Assembly: GCA_963726195.1 (NCBI GenBank)
Contig: CAVSBO010000007.1
Coordinates: 62,533-126,532, forward strand
From: Candidatus Thorarchaeota archaeon
Lineage (GTDB): Archaea > Asgardarchaeota > Thorarchaeia > Thorarchaeales > Thorarchaeaceae
Direction: 5' to 3'
Length of the DNA stretch: 64,000 nt
A model generated the notes under the pieces. It worked only from the letters and a program-made list of their open reading frames with translations. It searched no databases and was not told the DNA's origin. Below, piece by piece: positions 9,542-20,087 of the stretch. The translations under genes were made by a program, and so were the position numbers. Numbering within the stretch: the first letter of the stretch is position 1; every line of letters begins with the position of its first letter.

Positions 9542-12500
9542 TCTTGAGGTCTTCAATCTCCCATTCCTTCACGTACTTGAATGGCTTCCACGCTGCCTGT
9601 GACTCTGGGCCAACAAGCTGAGTCTTGCTCGATCTGGTCTCTGTGGCAAGTTGGTCGGAGAACATCCTTGCAAGGTCTGCTGATTCGCTATCTGAAAACT
9701 CAATCATCAGACTTACTCTCTGTTCCACATTGAGGTCCATCTCCTTTCTCATGACCTGTATTCGCCTAATCACATCTCTAACGAGCCCTTCGGCCTCGAG
9801 TTCTCTGGTTCGAGTAACGTCCACGTAGACCTTGCCTATCTTGCACTCCGCGATGCTCAGGTTATCCGGAACGCTTTCCTCAAACTCGATGTCCTCTGAT
9901 TCAAGGACGAACCTGTCGCTGCCTGCGGTGAGAGTTGCATCACCTTTCTGGAGTTCGGTCCTAAGCTTCGATGCGTCTGATTTCTCAAGGGCAGTAAGAA
10001 GCTTCTTCATTCCGTCCCTGTACTTCGGTCCCAAAGACTTGAAATTGGGTTTCGCCACAAGGCGAGTGAAGTCAGGCACGACGTCAGATTTTAGCACGAC
10101 AAATTCACGTGTATTCAAGTCATCCTCTAGAAGCGACTTCAAGTTTTCTGCCCGCCTTGCTACCTCCTGTGATGAAGGTATGAGCATCACCTTGCTTACC
10201 GGATGCCGCAGTTTCACACCCTTCTTGTTTCTAGCAAATGATGAAGCACTTCTTAGCTCCTCAAGTACTAGGAACGACTCCTCCATCTCCGAGTCGGCCA
10301 AGTTCTCGTCAGGTTCCGGCATATCACTTAGATTAACCGATTCTGGAAGTCCACCAGAGAAACGGACGAAGAAGCCAATGTGCAGCTTTTCTGCTAGGAA
10401 AGGTGTGAGGATGTTCAAACACCTCACTACGGCATAGAGGGTATAGAACATCACGTCATACGCCATGAGCTTCTTCGGGTCTTCGCTCTCTAACCAGACT
10501 CTCTTCTTTACAAGCGGAAGATACACCCTACTGAAATCCTCAGTTATGAAGTCAAGTAGCATCCTTGCGGCTTGATGATAGAAATACTGTTTCATGTTTG
10601 AATGAAATTCCGTCAATACGTACTGGAGTCGTGAAATGAGCCACCGGTCCTCTAGGTCTGATTCCTTGACCTTCTTCTCGAATCTCTTGGGGTCAAAACG
10701 ATACTTGTCCAAGTCCATGTACGTCTCGGCAAAGAGGAATATGTTCCATAGGATGTCTAGTTTCTTCCTTGTGAGTTCGATTTCACTTGGGCTGTAGTTA
10801 GTGGCGGACCACGGGGCTGACTTGCTTAGAACGTAGAGTCTGAAGGGGTCTGCTCCCGCTGCCTTCAATGCATCCTTCATCCATACAACGTTGCCTTTGG
10901 ACTTGCTCATCTTTCCGCCGTCTTCATCAAGGACATGGCCTTGACTTACACAAGCTTTGAAAGCCACGCGCCCATGCAACACGACAGATGTATAGAGCAG
11001 GCTGTAGAACCATCCCCGCGACTGGTCAACTGCCTCGGTTATGAAATCGTATGGGAAAACATGCTCAAACAACCCGGGGTCCTTGAGGTAATCTACGCTA
11101 GCGGTATGGGCCATCCCTGAGTCAAGCCAGGCGTCAACCACGAACTGCTCCCGATGCATCCTGCTGCCGCACTTCTCGCATCTCAGAACCACTTTGTCAA
11201 CCCAAGGCCTGTGCATTTCAAACTCCTCAGGAAACTCGATTGCCCGGTCTTTCAACTCCTGCCTTGATCCCACAACGGTCTCATTCTTACAGCTGTCACA
11301 GACCCAGACGGGTAATGGAGATCCCCATACCCTAGACCTTGATATGCACCAGTCATCTGCGTTGGCTACCCAATCGCCGAAACGTCCGGTGCCCGCCCAT
11401 TCTGGTGTCCACTCTACCTTCTTGTTCTCCTCCAAAAGCCTATCACGAACATCCTCCATCTTCAGGAACCATTGCGTCTTGTCAGCTAGATAGACGAGTG
11501 GCGTGTCACATCTCCAGCAATGGGGGTATTCGTGTTCCACTGTCTCTTCGTGTATGAGCAGCCCTTTCTCTCTCAGCATTACCGGGACTTTGGGATTCGT
11601 ATCAAATACGAACTGACCACTGAACATTGGAACTTCATCCGTGAAAAGACCGGACGGTGTAACAGGGCAGAACACCGGCACATCGTACTCTCTGCCAACG
11701 TTGAAGTCATCGGGTCCGAATCCGGGTGCTGTATGCACAAGGCCCGTACCCTCCTCCAAAGTGACATGAGTGCCAGTTACCACAGCGTGCATGTACTTCT
11801 CATCATGTTCTCGATGCCACTCCACCTCATCCCGGAAAGGATGCTCATATTTCCAGCCTAGCATCTCCTTCCCTAACAGAGTATCCGCGATGTCATAGGA
11901 GCTGATGCCTGCTTTCTGCATCACTGTTTCGACAAGGTTTTCGACAAGCCACCAGTATTCATCTTGTACTTGGACCTTGACATACTTCGAGTCGGGATGA
12001 ACGGAAACCATTTCGTTGGAGACCAAGGTGAACGGCGTTGTTGTCCAGATTACGAGAAACTCGTTGTCCTTTCCCAAGAGTTTGAATTTGACGTATATCG
12101 ACGGGTCAACCTTCGTTTTGTACCCCTGCGATACTTCGTGACTTGAAAGTGCGGTCACACATCGGGGACAAGTGGGGTTCACTCTGTAACCGCGTGTTAG
12201 GAGCCCCTTTTCGTTAGCGACCTTTAAGAAGTGCCAGACATGCTCTATGTAATCGTCGCGGCGGGTCTGGTATGCGGTTGGATAGTCGAGCCATAGTCCC
12301 AGCCGGACAGAGTCGTCTACCCAGCTCTTCAGGTAAGTATCGACCAGCTCCTTGCATTTCTTCACAAATAGGTCCAGACCTATTGTCGACTCGATCTGAC
12401 GCTTCTGCGCTATCCCTTCCTTCTTCTCAACTTCGAGTTCGACAGGCAGGCCTTGCATATCCCAGCCCGCGCGTCTCCAAACATCATAGCCCTTCATGGT

Positions 12501-12713
12501 CATGTACCGGATCTGGGCGTCCTTTATCGCACGTCCTCTCCCGTGGCCGACGTGCATGAACCCATTTGTAGTTGGAGGCCCTTCGAGGAAGTTCCAAGGT
12601 TTTCCTGAGTGTCGGTACTCCACAGTCTTCTCGTAGACATGTTTCTTCTTCCAGAAGTCCAAAACCTCTGATTCGACAGCCTGTGGATCATAGCGTTTGG
12701 GTAAGTAACTCAT
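9435..12713 (-). CDS. ileS: Isoleucine--tRNA ligase
   Basis: EGPP, HVGH, WTTTP, GTGLVH, WCISRSR, KMSKS. Confidence 0.95.
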   Translation of the reverse strand: MSYLPKRYDPQAVESEVLDFWKKKHVYEKTVEYRHSGKPWNFLEGPPTTNGFMHVGHGRGRAIKDAQIRYMTMKGYDVWRRAGWDMQGLPVELEVEKKEGIAQKRQIESTIGLDLFVKKCKELVDTYLKSWVDDSVRLGLWLDYPTAYQTRRDDYIEHVWHFLKVANEKGLLTRGYRVNPTCPRCVTALSSHEVSQGYKTKVDPSIYVKFKLLGKDNEFLVIWTTTPFTLVSNEMVSVHPDSKYVKVQVQDEYWWLVENLVETVMQKAGISSYDIADTLLGKEMLGWKYEHPFRDEVEWHREHDEKYMHAVVTGTHVTLEEGTGLVHTAPGFGPDDFNVGREYDVPVFCPVTPSGLFTDEVPMFSGQFVFDTNPKVPVMLREKGLLIHEETVEHEYPHCWRCDTPLVYLADKTQWFLKMEDVRDRLLEENKKVEWTPEWAGTGRFGDWVANADDWCISRSRVWGSPLPVWVCDSCKNETVVGSRQELKDRAIEFPEEFEMHRPWVDKVVLRCEKCGSRMHREQFVVDAWLDSGMAHTASVDYLKDPGLFEHVFPYDFITEAVDQSRGWFYSLLYTSVVLHGRVAFKACVSQGHVLDEDGGKMSKSKGNVVWMKDALKAAGADPFRLYVLSKSAPWSATNYSPSEIELTRKKLDILWNIFLFAETYMDLDKYRFDPKRFEKKVKESDLEDRWLISRLQYVLTEFHSNMKQYFYHQAARMLLDFITEDFSRVYLPLVKKRVWLESEDPKKLMAYDVMFYTLYAVVRCLNILTPFLAEKLHIGFFVRFSGGLPESVNLSDMPEPDENLADSEMEESFLVLEELRSASSFARNKKGVKLRHPVSKVMLIPSSQEVARRAENLKSLLEDDLNTREFVVLKSDVVPDFTRLVAKPNFKSLGPKYRDGMKKLLTALEKSDASKLRTELQKGDATLTAGSDRFVLESEDIEFEESVPDNLSIAECKIGKVYVDVTRTRELEAEGLVRDVIRRIQVMRKEMDLNVEQRVSLMIEFSDSESADLARMFSDQLATETRSSKTQLVGPESQAAWKPFKYVKEWEIEDLKIKVGMTPIQVVQKRASHAKAPPAKSGRKTRSPRSK

Positions 12714-13065
12714 TGTGGTCTCCTCTCATCTGACGTAAATCGTACGAATGATACAGAAGTCGTTTCCGCGCGATGATAGGTGAGAAAGCTTGCTACGCTT
12801 GTCCGCAGCTCGACGCCACCTTTGCTAGATGATTTGGCAATCCATCCTTTCGCTCACCTATCTGGGCTTGCTGTCGAGACAGTCTTGGCCCTTTTAAAAA
12901 GGTTAGGCTAACGCGGATTACCCAGTGCCTGTGAATCTTTCCGAGGATTCGCTTCGTCACGAGACCGCAATCAAACCTATTGACGGGACACCCGACCAAC
13001 GTTTAATTGCCGAGCATGGTTGCTCATCATCATCTAATCGCCAGACGGCTGCAAGGTGCAAGATC

Positions 13066-13569
13066 ATGAGTTCTCTCGAAAGCAAGTCGCTGGACACACT
13101 CGTTGACATGGTACTGAACGTGATGTCTCAAGACTCCTTAGGGTTATGGAGAGCTATCCGTAAGAAAATGGATACCGAGGGGCCGGTTAAGGTAAAGGCC
13201 GCTTTCGAAAAAGGCGCTTCCCGTTTCTTGTCTGGACCATTCAAGAATCACTTGGAAGTTCGCTGGGGCATGAGTCTCTGTGTCCACTGTAATGATAGCA
13301 ACATAGAGAAGAACGGCATCGCGTATGTTCAGCCCAGCGGTGACGGTCTAGAGTTCAATCAATGCTTGAACTGTCGAATCGGCATTCTCTACAACGTTGT
13401 ATCAGCAAAGGCGACGATGGACAGCTATCTGGTATCTGTTGGTAAGCCGAATCAGTTCAACAGTGTCTCCTTCTTCTGGGATGCGATTGTTCCCACCAAG
13501 CTGAGGAAGTTTCTTCCGATGTATCGAGCTCATAAAAGGAGGGCAGTGGATAGGAACCCTCTTATTTGA
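13066..13569 (+). CDS. Hypothetical protein with CxxC...CxxC putative Zn ribbon
   Basis: CVHC and CLNC; no family recognised. Confidence 0.55.
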   Translation: MSSLESKSLDTLVDMVLNVMSQDSLGLWRAIRKKMDTEGPVKVKAAFEKGASRFLSGPFKNHLEVRWGMSLCVHCNDSNIEKNGIAYVQPSGDGLEFNQCLNCRIGILYNVVSAKATMDSYLVSVGKPNQFNSVSFFWDAIVPTKLRKFLPMYRAHKRRAVDRNPLI

Positions 13570-14047
13570 CAGCACGATGAAGACCAAGTTCCGACCCTTT
13601 AGCTCGATGACCGGATCCACGCCGCGTGATGCTGACTCACCTTGGTCTGCTCAGATTCCAGTTGATGTGAAGAGTGCAGCAGATCAATTTCTCAAAGCGG
13701 CAAAGCCTCAAGTGGAAGTCGGACTAGCCGTCAAGTAAGAGAAAACGGTGACGCTTCCGTTCATGAAGAAACAGGCGGTTAGTGTTCATCCCGCTGCTCC
13801 TTCGGACATGAAACGCTCGCGCTCGAGATTGCGTAATGGACACGATATCTAGCAGATGCCCAGATTGAAAGACTGGCCTGAGACTTAGCCATAACGGGCA
13901 CCATGTGCCCCAACGGCCAGTTAGAACGATGGTTTACCAATACTCCGCTTCATACTCTGAAACATCGGACAAAGGTTATATTCATTGAATTGGCCTGACC
14001 TAATGAATTACCACTCTGTTTAGTGGTGGTATTTTAGTTTTCGGAGA

Positions 14048-15704
14048 ATGATCGCGATGGAAATTGAAGTAAAGCGTGTACCTGAAGTCATGCCCTCTCA
14101 CACCACGGGTGACAAGGACATCTCAAGGTACCACGTGGAGAAGCACGAAATCCGCCCGCTACCGTATACTACCAAGTCTATCTGCCCGGAGTGTCTTCTC
14201 ACAAATGACGAAGTTCGCGTAATCGACGCGACTGTTTACGAAGAGGACGGGAAAATAATGTACAAGAAGTCCTGCCCTGACCACGGTGAGTTTGTTGACG
14301 TTTACTGGGGCGACGCCGAGATGTTCAAGCGCGCCCAGACTTACTGGTATGAAAGCGTAGGCCTTGATAATCCAAGGACCGAAACGATTGAGGGCTGCCC
14401 GAATGATTGCGGTCAGTGCCCGCAGCATCAGTCGCATACTGCGCTGGCCTTGCTAGACGTTACTAATCGATGCAATCTGCGCTGCCCGATCTGTTTCGCA
14501 AACGCAGCTGAGTCCGGCTCAGTCTATGAGCCGACGCCCGAGGAAGTCCTCGAGATGATGAAAAACCTCAGACGCAACTTGCCTGTGCCAGCTCCTGCCC
14601 TACAGTTCGCTGGAGGCGAACCGACGGTCAGCAAGAATCTTCCGCAATACATTCGGTGGGCCAAGGAGCTTGGTTTTCGTCATGTTCAGATTGCCAGCAA
14701 TGTTATCCGGATAGGGAACAGCCTAGACTATGCAAAGGAGCTGGTCGATGCTGGACTATCTGCTATCTATATGCAGTTTGATGGTGTCACACCTGAGCCA
14801 TATCTGGCCGCTAGAGGAACGAATCTATTGCCAGTGAAGCTCCAAGCCATTGAGAATTGTCGGAAGCTTGGGCTGGACGCAGTCATCTTGGTACCGACGG
14901 TTGTTCGCGGTGTCAACGATGACCAGCTTGGCCGCATAGTTGAATTCGCCGTTGAGAACCGGGATGTAGTCCGTTGTGTCAACTTCCAGCCTGTCAGCAT
15001 TACGGGCAGAATAGATTACGAGCAGCGTCAGGCAATGCGGATAACGGTGCCCGATGTAGTTCACCGAATCGAGGAGCAGACCAATGGCAAGATTCCTATC
15101 TCGGCCTGGTACCCCGTACCTGCGATGATGCCCGTAGGAAGAGCCCTCGGTTTGATTAAGGGTGTCCCACAGCTGAGCTCAGCGCCCACTTCGCATGCGG
15201 AATGGCAACATTCCTGTACATCGACGACAAAGGCCATTACGAGCCCATAACGAATCTAATTGATGTGGACAAGTTCCTCGAGCTCTGTCCGAGATCTCCG
15301 ACCTCTACGCAGATGGCAAGACCGCAGCTAGCAAGCGCGCGAAAGCAAAGCTCTTGGGAGGAGTTCGACACATCAAGAAGAAGGGAATCATTAAGGATCT
15401 CTTGGGTGCCTTCCTGAACAGAGGAGACTACGATTCGCTTGCGAAGTTCATGCACCATATCGTCATGCTCGGCATCATGCATTTTCAAGACCCATACAAC
15501 TTCGATCTTGAACGAGTTCAGCATTGTGACGTGAACTACGCTGTCCCTGACGGAAGAATCGTCCCATTCTGCACGATGAACACCATTCATCGGTCTAGGA
15601 TAGAACAGAAATTCGGTATGCCCGTCAAGGAGTGGCGCAAGACCCGGAGTCCGAGCCAATTCGAGGAAGAGACCATAACGAAGCCGTACTCGGGTAACCA
15701 ATAG
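14048..15704 (+). CDS. tes: Radical SAM tetraether lipid synthase (Tes / GDGT-MAS, MJ0619-like), frameshifts around 15180-15360
   Basis: N-terminal CPEC...CPDHG, GCPNDCGQCPQH, CNLRCPIC; C-terminal FQDPYNFD...RIVPFC. Confidence 0.85.
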
Positions 15705-15722
15705 TACAGCGAACAACTACCG

Positions 15723-15751
15723 GGACTGCCCATAGCTCATATGAGTAGTCC
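15723..15751 (+). terminator. 3' hairpin downstream of tes
   Basis: GGACTGCCCATA / TATGAGTAGTCC pairing about 20 nt after the stop. Confidence 0.45.
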
Positions 15752-15944
15752 GGTTCTCTATTTCACATCGACACGCTATCGCGATTTCGTGAACGCTCTC
15801 TCGCCCAAGGCATGAACGACGACTGCCTTTTTGACTCCTGAATCTAGGAAATGGGTGGTCATTATGCAGTTTAATATGCTTTAACAGAATCAAGCAGATT
15901 CGTTATGGATATGTTTAAAAGTTGGGGACACCCGGTAGTGTGTA

Positions 15945-16090
15945 GATGTAGGGTAAGTGCGGGAGCGCAACCTCCAGATAAGTAGCAAAGGCGGCGTGCG
16001 GGCTAGTTTTTCGTTACATGCCCTCAATTACGAAACTCCCCCCTCCTACCACGATTACCTGCACGTCGCCACCTCCTCATACCCAATATC
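15945..16090 (+). ncRNA. Candidate structured small RNA
   Basis: TATA-like TTTAAAA at 15914-15920; 13-bp stem 15990-16002 with 16058-16070 containing two G-U pairs; inner and outer stems. Confidence 0.5.
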
Positions 16091-16187
16091 ATTCATGGCA
16101 ATCCTTGAAATGATTGATGTAGGTGCTTTCCCTAGCATGAACAATCCTTAATTGAGGACAGTCGGGTCAAGACTTGGTTCTTTAAGA

Positions 16188-17102
16188 ATGACGAGACGTC
16201 AGCGACTGACTTTGCTGCAGGTCGACGCGTTCACTGATGTGCCCTTTGGAGGAAATCCATCTGCCGTAGTGCTCAACGCGGACCATGTTAGCGATGAGAT
16301 AATCAGAGAGCTGTCAAGGGAGCTAGGTATTGGCCAGACCGTTTTTGTATCGGACTCGGGTGTTGCGGACACGCGTTTCCGGTTCATTGTTTCTGGAGGC
16401 GAGATGCCATTTTCAGGTAGCCTCACTGTGGCTGCTCTTCATGCAATGGTCGAAGAGGGCATCATTGACACTCCAAGAGATGTCTCTACCGTTAGCGTGG
16501 AAACAAAAGCTGGCGTTCTCTCGGTTGACATAGTGAAGAATGAGGAAACGAAGAGGCCCGAGATTCAGATTACTGCCAAGAAGCCAGAGTTTCTCAGGAC
16601 GTATGATCCCAGAGACTATGCAGAGGCTCTTGGTCTGAGTCTTGCCGACATTCTGTCATCAACTCCGATTCAGACGGTCAGCACAGGTACCCCACAGCTG
16701 ATGATTCCCGTAGGCACGCTGAAGGCTCTCGAAAGAATCCGCCCTGCTTGGGATCGACTCACTAGGCTGGGTAAGAACTCGGACTATGTCTCGATTCAGG
16801 TGTTCACAAGAGAGACGCTTGAACCCACGTCTGATGTTCATGTCAGGCACTTTGCTCCATCTCTGGGTATCAATGAAGACCCAGTAACAGGGTCGGCGGC
16901 TGCGAGCATGGGCGGCTACATCATAAGATATGGTTTGATGGAGCCAACATATCCGGTTACCAGCATAGTGGTCGAACAGGGCCACTCAATGGGGCGCCCT
17001 GGAAAGGTTTTCGTTGAAGTCCGAGGAGATCCGGAAGACATTGAGCAAGTCAAGGTGAGCGGTACAGCAGTTACTATCTTCAAAGGTACGCTTTATGTTT
17101 AG
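16188..17102 (+). CDS. PhzF / DAP-epimerase-fold protein
   Basis: QVDAFT...GGNP, VSTG, EDPVTGSA, EQGHSMGRPG. Confidence 0.9.
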   Translation: MTRRQRLTLLQVDAFTDVPFGGNPSAVVLNADHVSDEIIRELSRELGIGQTVFVSDSGVADTRFRFIVSGGEMPFSGSLTVAALHAMVEEGIIDTPRDVSTVSVETKAGVLSVDIVKNEETKRPEIQITAKKPEFLRTYDPRDYAEALGLSLADILSSTPIQTVSTGTPQLMIPVGTLKALERIRPAWDRLTRLGKNSDYVSIQVFTRETLEPTSDVHVRHFAPSLGINEDPVTGSAAASMGGYIIRYGLMEPTYPVTSIVVEQGHSMGRPGKVFVEVRGDPEDIEQVKVSGTAVTIFKGTLYV

Positions 17103-17189
17103 CAAAGCCAGAGTACGGATTTCCGTTCCTATAGGACAACCTTGCTGTTTGGTTAAGACTTATCATGCAGGAAGGATTCGATTGCAGTC

Positions 17190-18587
17190 ATGCAACCCCT
17201 GCCCGAAATGATGGAAAAGGCAATTGATGAGATTCGGGAGCGAGACGTGGCTTTCGCTGACATTCGTCATGAGATTCGCTCAGGTACACAGCTCAGCATG
17301 GTAAATGGAACTTTGCGAAGGTTTGAAAGAACAAACAGAGCAGGCACTGTAGCGAGAGTTTTGGTTGGAGCGTGCTGGGGCCAGGCATCAACGACTGCTT
17401 CCTTGTCCCAGAGCATGTTGAAGGAGCTACTTTCAGATGCCTTGAGTATGGCAAAGGTCACTGCTCACTATTCGCAGAAGACTGTCGACCTATCGCACGT
17501 TCCGTCTTTGAGAAGGACCGCTCATCAGAAGCTCAAGGAGATCCATCAAAGGTCAGCGACGAGGACAAGCTAGCCTTAGTCGTGGACCTAGACAAGGCTC
17601 AGAGAATTGACCAGCGGATAGTCAACAACACATCCAACTATGCGGATACTAGGCAGGATCTTGTTCTCGTCAATAGCGCTGGGTCGAGGCTTGAGTGGGA
17701 CGAAGTTCGAGTGCTCGTCATGATTCAATCAGTTGCCAGAGAATCTGATAAGATGCAGTTCAACTATGACATAAAGGACGGTCAGGCTGGGTTCGAGTTG
17801 ATGCGCACTGTGAATCCTGCAGAGTTCGGCGAGGAATGTGCCCGGGGTGCAGTAGATCTCCTTTCTGCCCGCGAAGCCTCCGTCCGGGGAAATGACAATT
17901 GTGACCGATGCCGACGTTGCCGGGCTCATTGCTCACGAGGTCTGTGGTCACGCGAGCGAGGCAGACGAAGTTGTCAAGGGCCGTTCCTTTCTAACCAACA
18001 TGGCTGGGAAGCAGGTTGGTTCAGAGCAGGTGACCCTAGTAGACGACGGAACGATTCAGGGTTTGAGAGGGACAATTCCCTTTGACTCAGAGGGCTCACT
18101 TGGTTCGCGAACACTGATTATCAATGGAGGCACATATGAGGGGTTTCTTCACACGTTGGAGACCTCCGCAACAATGAATGTGCCCCCGACGGGAAATGGC
18201 CGCGCACAAGACTACAATCATAGAATCTTCGCTAGAATGACTAACACGTATTTCGACAAGGGTAGCTGGAAGGACGAGGAGATTATCGAAGACACAAAAG
18301 ACGGCCTATACGTAAATCGTGCTCTTTCTGGTATGGAGGATGTTGTTGGCGGCGGAGTTCAGTGTTCGGCGCTGAAGGGCTACATCATCAAGAATGGTGA
18401 ATTAACGACTCTCGTCAGGTCAATGTCCTTGGCAGGAAAAGTGCTGGATTTCCTGAAGACAGTTGATGCTGTTGGCGACACACTCAGTTTTGTCGGTGGA
18501 ACCTGTGGAAAAGGTGAGGAGGACTTTGTTCCCGTTGCCACAGGCGGCCCACGAATGAGGGCGAGAATAGTTGTAGGAGGCGGCTAG
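17190..18587 (+). CDS. tldD: TldD metalloprotease, 2 frameshifts
   Basis: HEVCGHASEAD, TGNGRAQ, RMTNTY, CGKG. Confidence 0.9.
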
Positions 18588-18588
18588 A

Positions 18589-19950
18589 ATGGACAAGGAG
18601 CAAACAGCAGATAGGATATTGTCTCTGTGCCAGAAGGAGGGCGCATCGCAGGCTGAGGTTTTCGCTGCAACAACGAAGATATCGAGCATATACATCGACG
18701 ATAGTGTACCGAAGATTGCAGATGCCAAGACGGAGTTTGGAGTCGGTCTCAAGTACGTGCTTGGCAAGCGAGTCGGATTCACAAGCTCGACGCTACTTTC
18801 AGAGACACCTGAGGAAGTTGTACGGCGAGCAAGCTCAGTGGCACGAGTAAGCAACGAAGACCCGAGGTTTGTTTCTCTGCCTGAGCCCAAGACTCCCTCT
18901 GGAAGAAGTGATCGTTTCTTCGACAAGCAAACTGCCAATGCTGATTCTTCTCAGCTCCTAGACTATGCAATGCGAGTTGTGAGGTCCGCGGTGTCAGGTG
19001 ACGTGAGTGTTCCCAATGGCGTACTGCGTGCAAGTTCAATCGATTTTCTAGTGCGGAATTCGCTTGGTGTCAGGGTGAGTTCAAGGTCCACAATGGTGTT
19101 CGGCTTCTTTACTGCGAAATCGGGTAAGGGAGGACTTGTCGGAGAGGGTGTCCAAAGATGCTGGTCTCGGAAACTCTCCACGGTCGACTTCGATGTTCTA
19201 GGGGAGAAGCTTCGGTCTCAAGCGGTCAGTTCACTGAGTGCCGAAGCTTTCAAAGACCACTGGACGGACATCGTCGGAGTTCTTGCCCCCAGTGAGTGCA
19301 GCGAGATGCTTGGACAGTTGATTGGCATGGCTGCGTCTGCTGAGAATATCAACAATCATTCCAGCCCATGGACAGATAGGATAGGAGATCGCGTGGCTCA
19401 CGAGAACCTGACGATAATGGACAATGGTCTATCTGAGACCGGTATGCTGAGTTCAGTTGTTGACGATGAAGGGACTCCTACACGGAAGACGATGCTGATT
19501 GACAGGGGTGAGCTGAAGTCGTATTTCTTTGATTCTTACAATGGGGCGCTTGGAGGCTTGGCATCGACAGGGAATGGAATCAGACGAGACCCACGAGAGT
19601 GTCTTGGCCGCTTTTCTTCTCCAGCCGCGTGCGGCCTCACCACACTCGAGATACGTCCGGGAAGACAATCTGTCGAGGACATTATCGGAGAAACAAAAAG
19701 GGGTGTGTACATTGAGCATCTTGCTTGGCCTCAGGTGGATCCCACGTCTGGTGCGTTCTCGAACGAAGTTCGGAGTGCGTCTCTGATTGAGAACGGACAA
19801 ATCACACACGAAATCAAACATGCTTTACTTGTCGGCAATCTCTATGAATCCCTGAGACGTGAAATCAATCTCGGTTCTCGGGCAGAAGTTCACGACAGCT
19901 GCGTGATTCCTTGTGTGGCATTCTCCGGCTTGGAGCTTGTTGGGCAGTAG
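18589..19950 (+). CDS. pmbA: TldE / PmbA protein
   Basis: DDEGTPT, STGNG; directly follows tldD and lacks HExxxH. Confidence 0.85.
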   Translation: MDKEQTADRILSLCQKEGASQAEVFAATTKISSIYIDDSVPKIADAKTEFGVGLKYVLGKRVGFTSSTLLSETPEEVVRRASSVARVSNEDPRFVSLPEPKTPSGRSDRFFDKQTANADSSQLLDYAMRVVRSAVSGDVSVPNGVLRASSIDFLVRNSLGVRVSSRSTMVFGFFTAKSGKGGLVGEGVQRCWSRKLSTVDFDVLGEKLRSQAVSSLSAEAFKDHWTDIVGVLAPSECSEMLGQLIGMAASAENINNHSSPWTDRIGDRVAHENLTIMDNGLSETGMLSSVVDDEGTPTRKTMLIDRGELKSYFFDSYNGALGGLASTGNGIRRDPRECLGRFSSPAACGLTTLEIRPGRQSVEDIIGETKRGVYIEHLAWPQVDPTSGAFSNEVRSASLIENGQITHEIKHALLVGNLYESLRREINLGSRAEVHDSCVIPCVAFSGLELVGQ

Positions 19951-20087
19951 ATTTCAGTTGTCTTGCCATCTGGACCAATCCCGGAGGTGGTCGGTGTATA
20001 CCCGATGTCTAGTTCGTTCTTTGGTTAACTCATCTTCGACATTTTCAGAAATGCTAATTAGGTGCCGGTAGACCTGCGTTTTGAGAG

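Noticed and set aside
15957-16151. 64-aa ORF over the second ncRNA candidate
   Set aside because: No recognisable motifs; base-pairing explains the sequence better.
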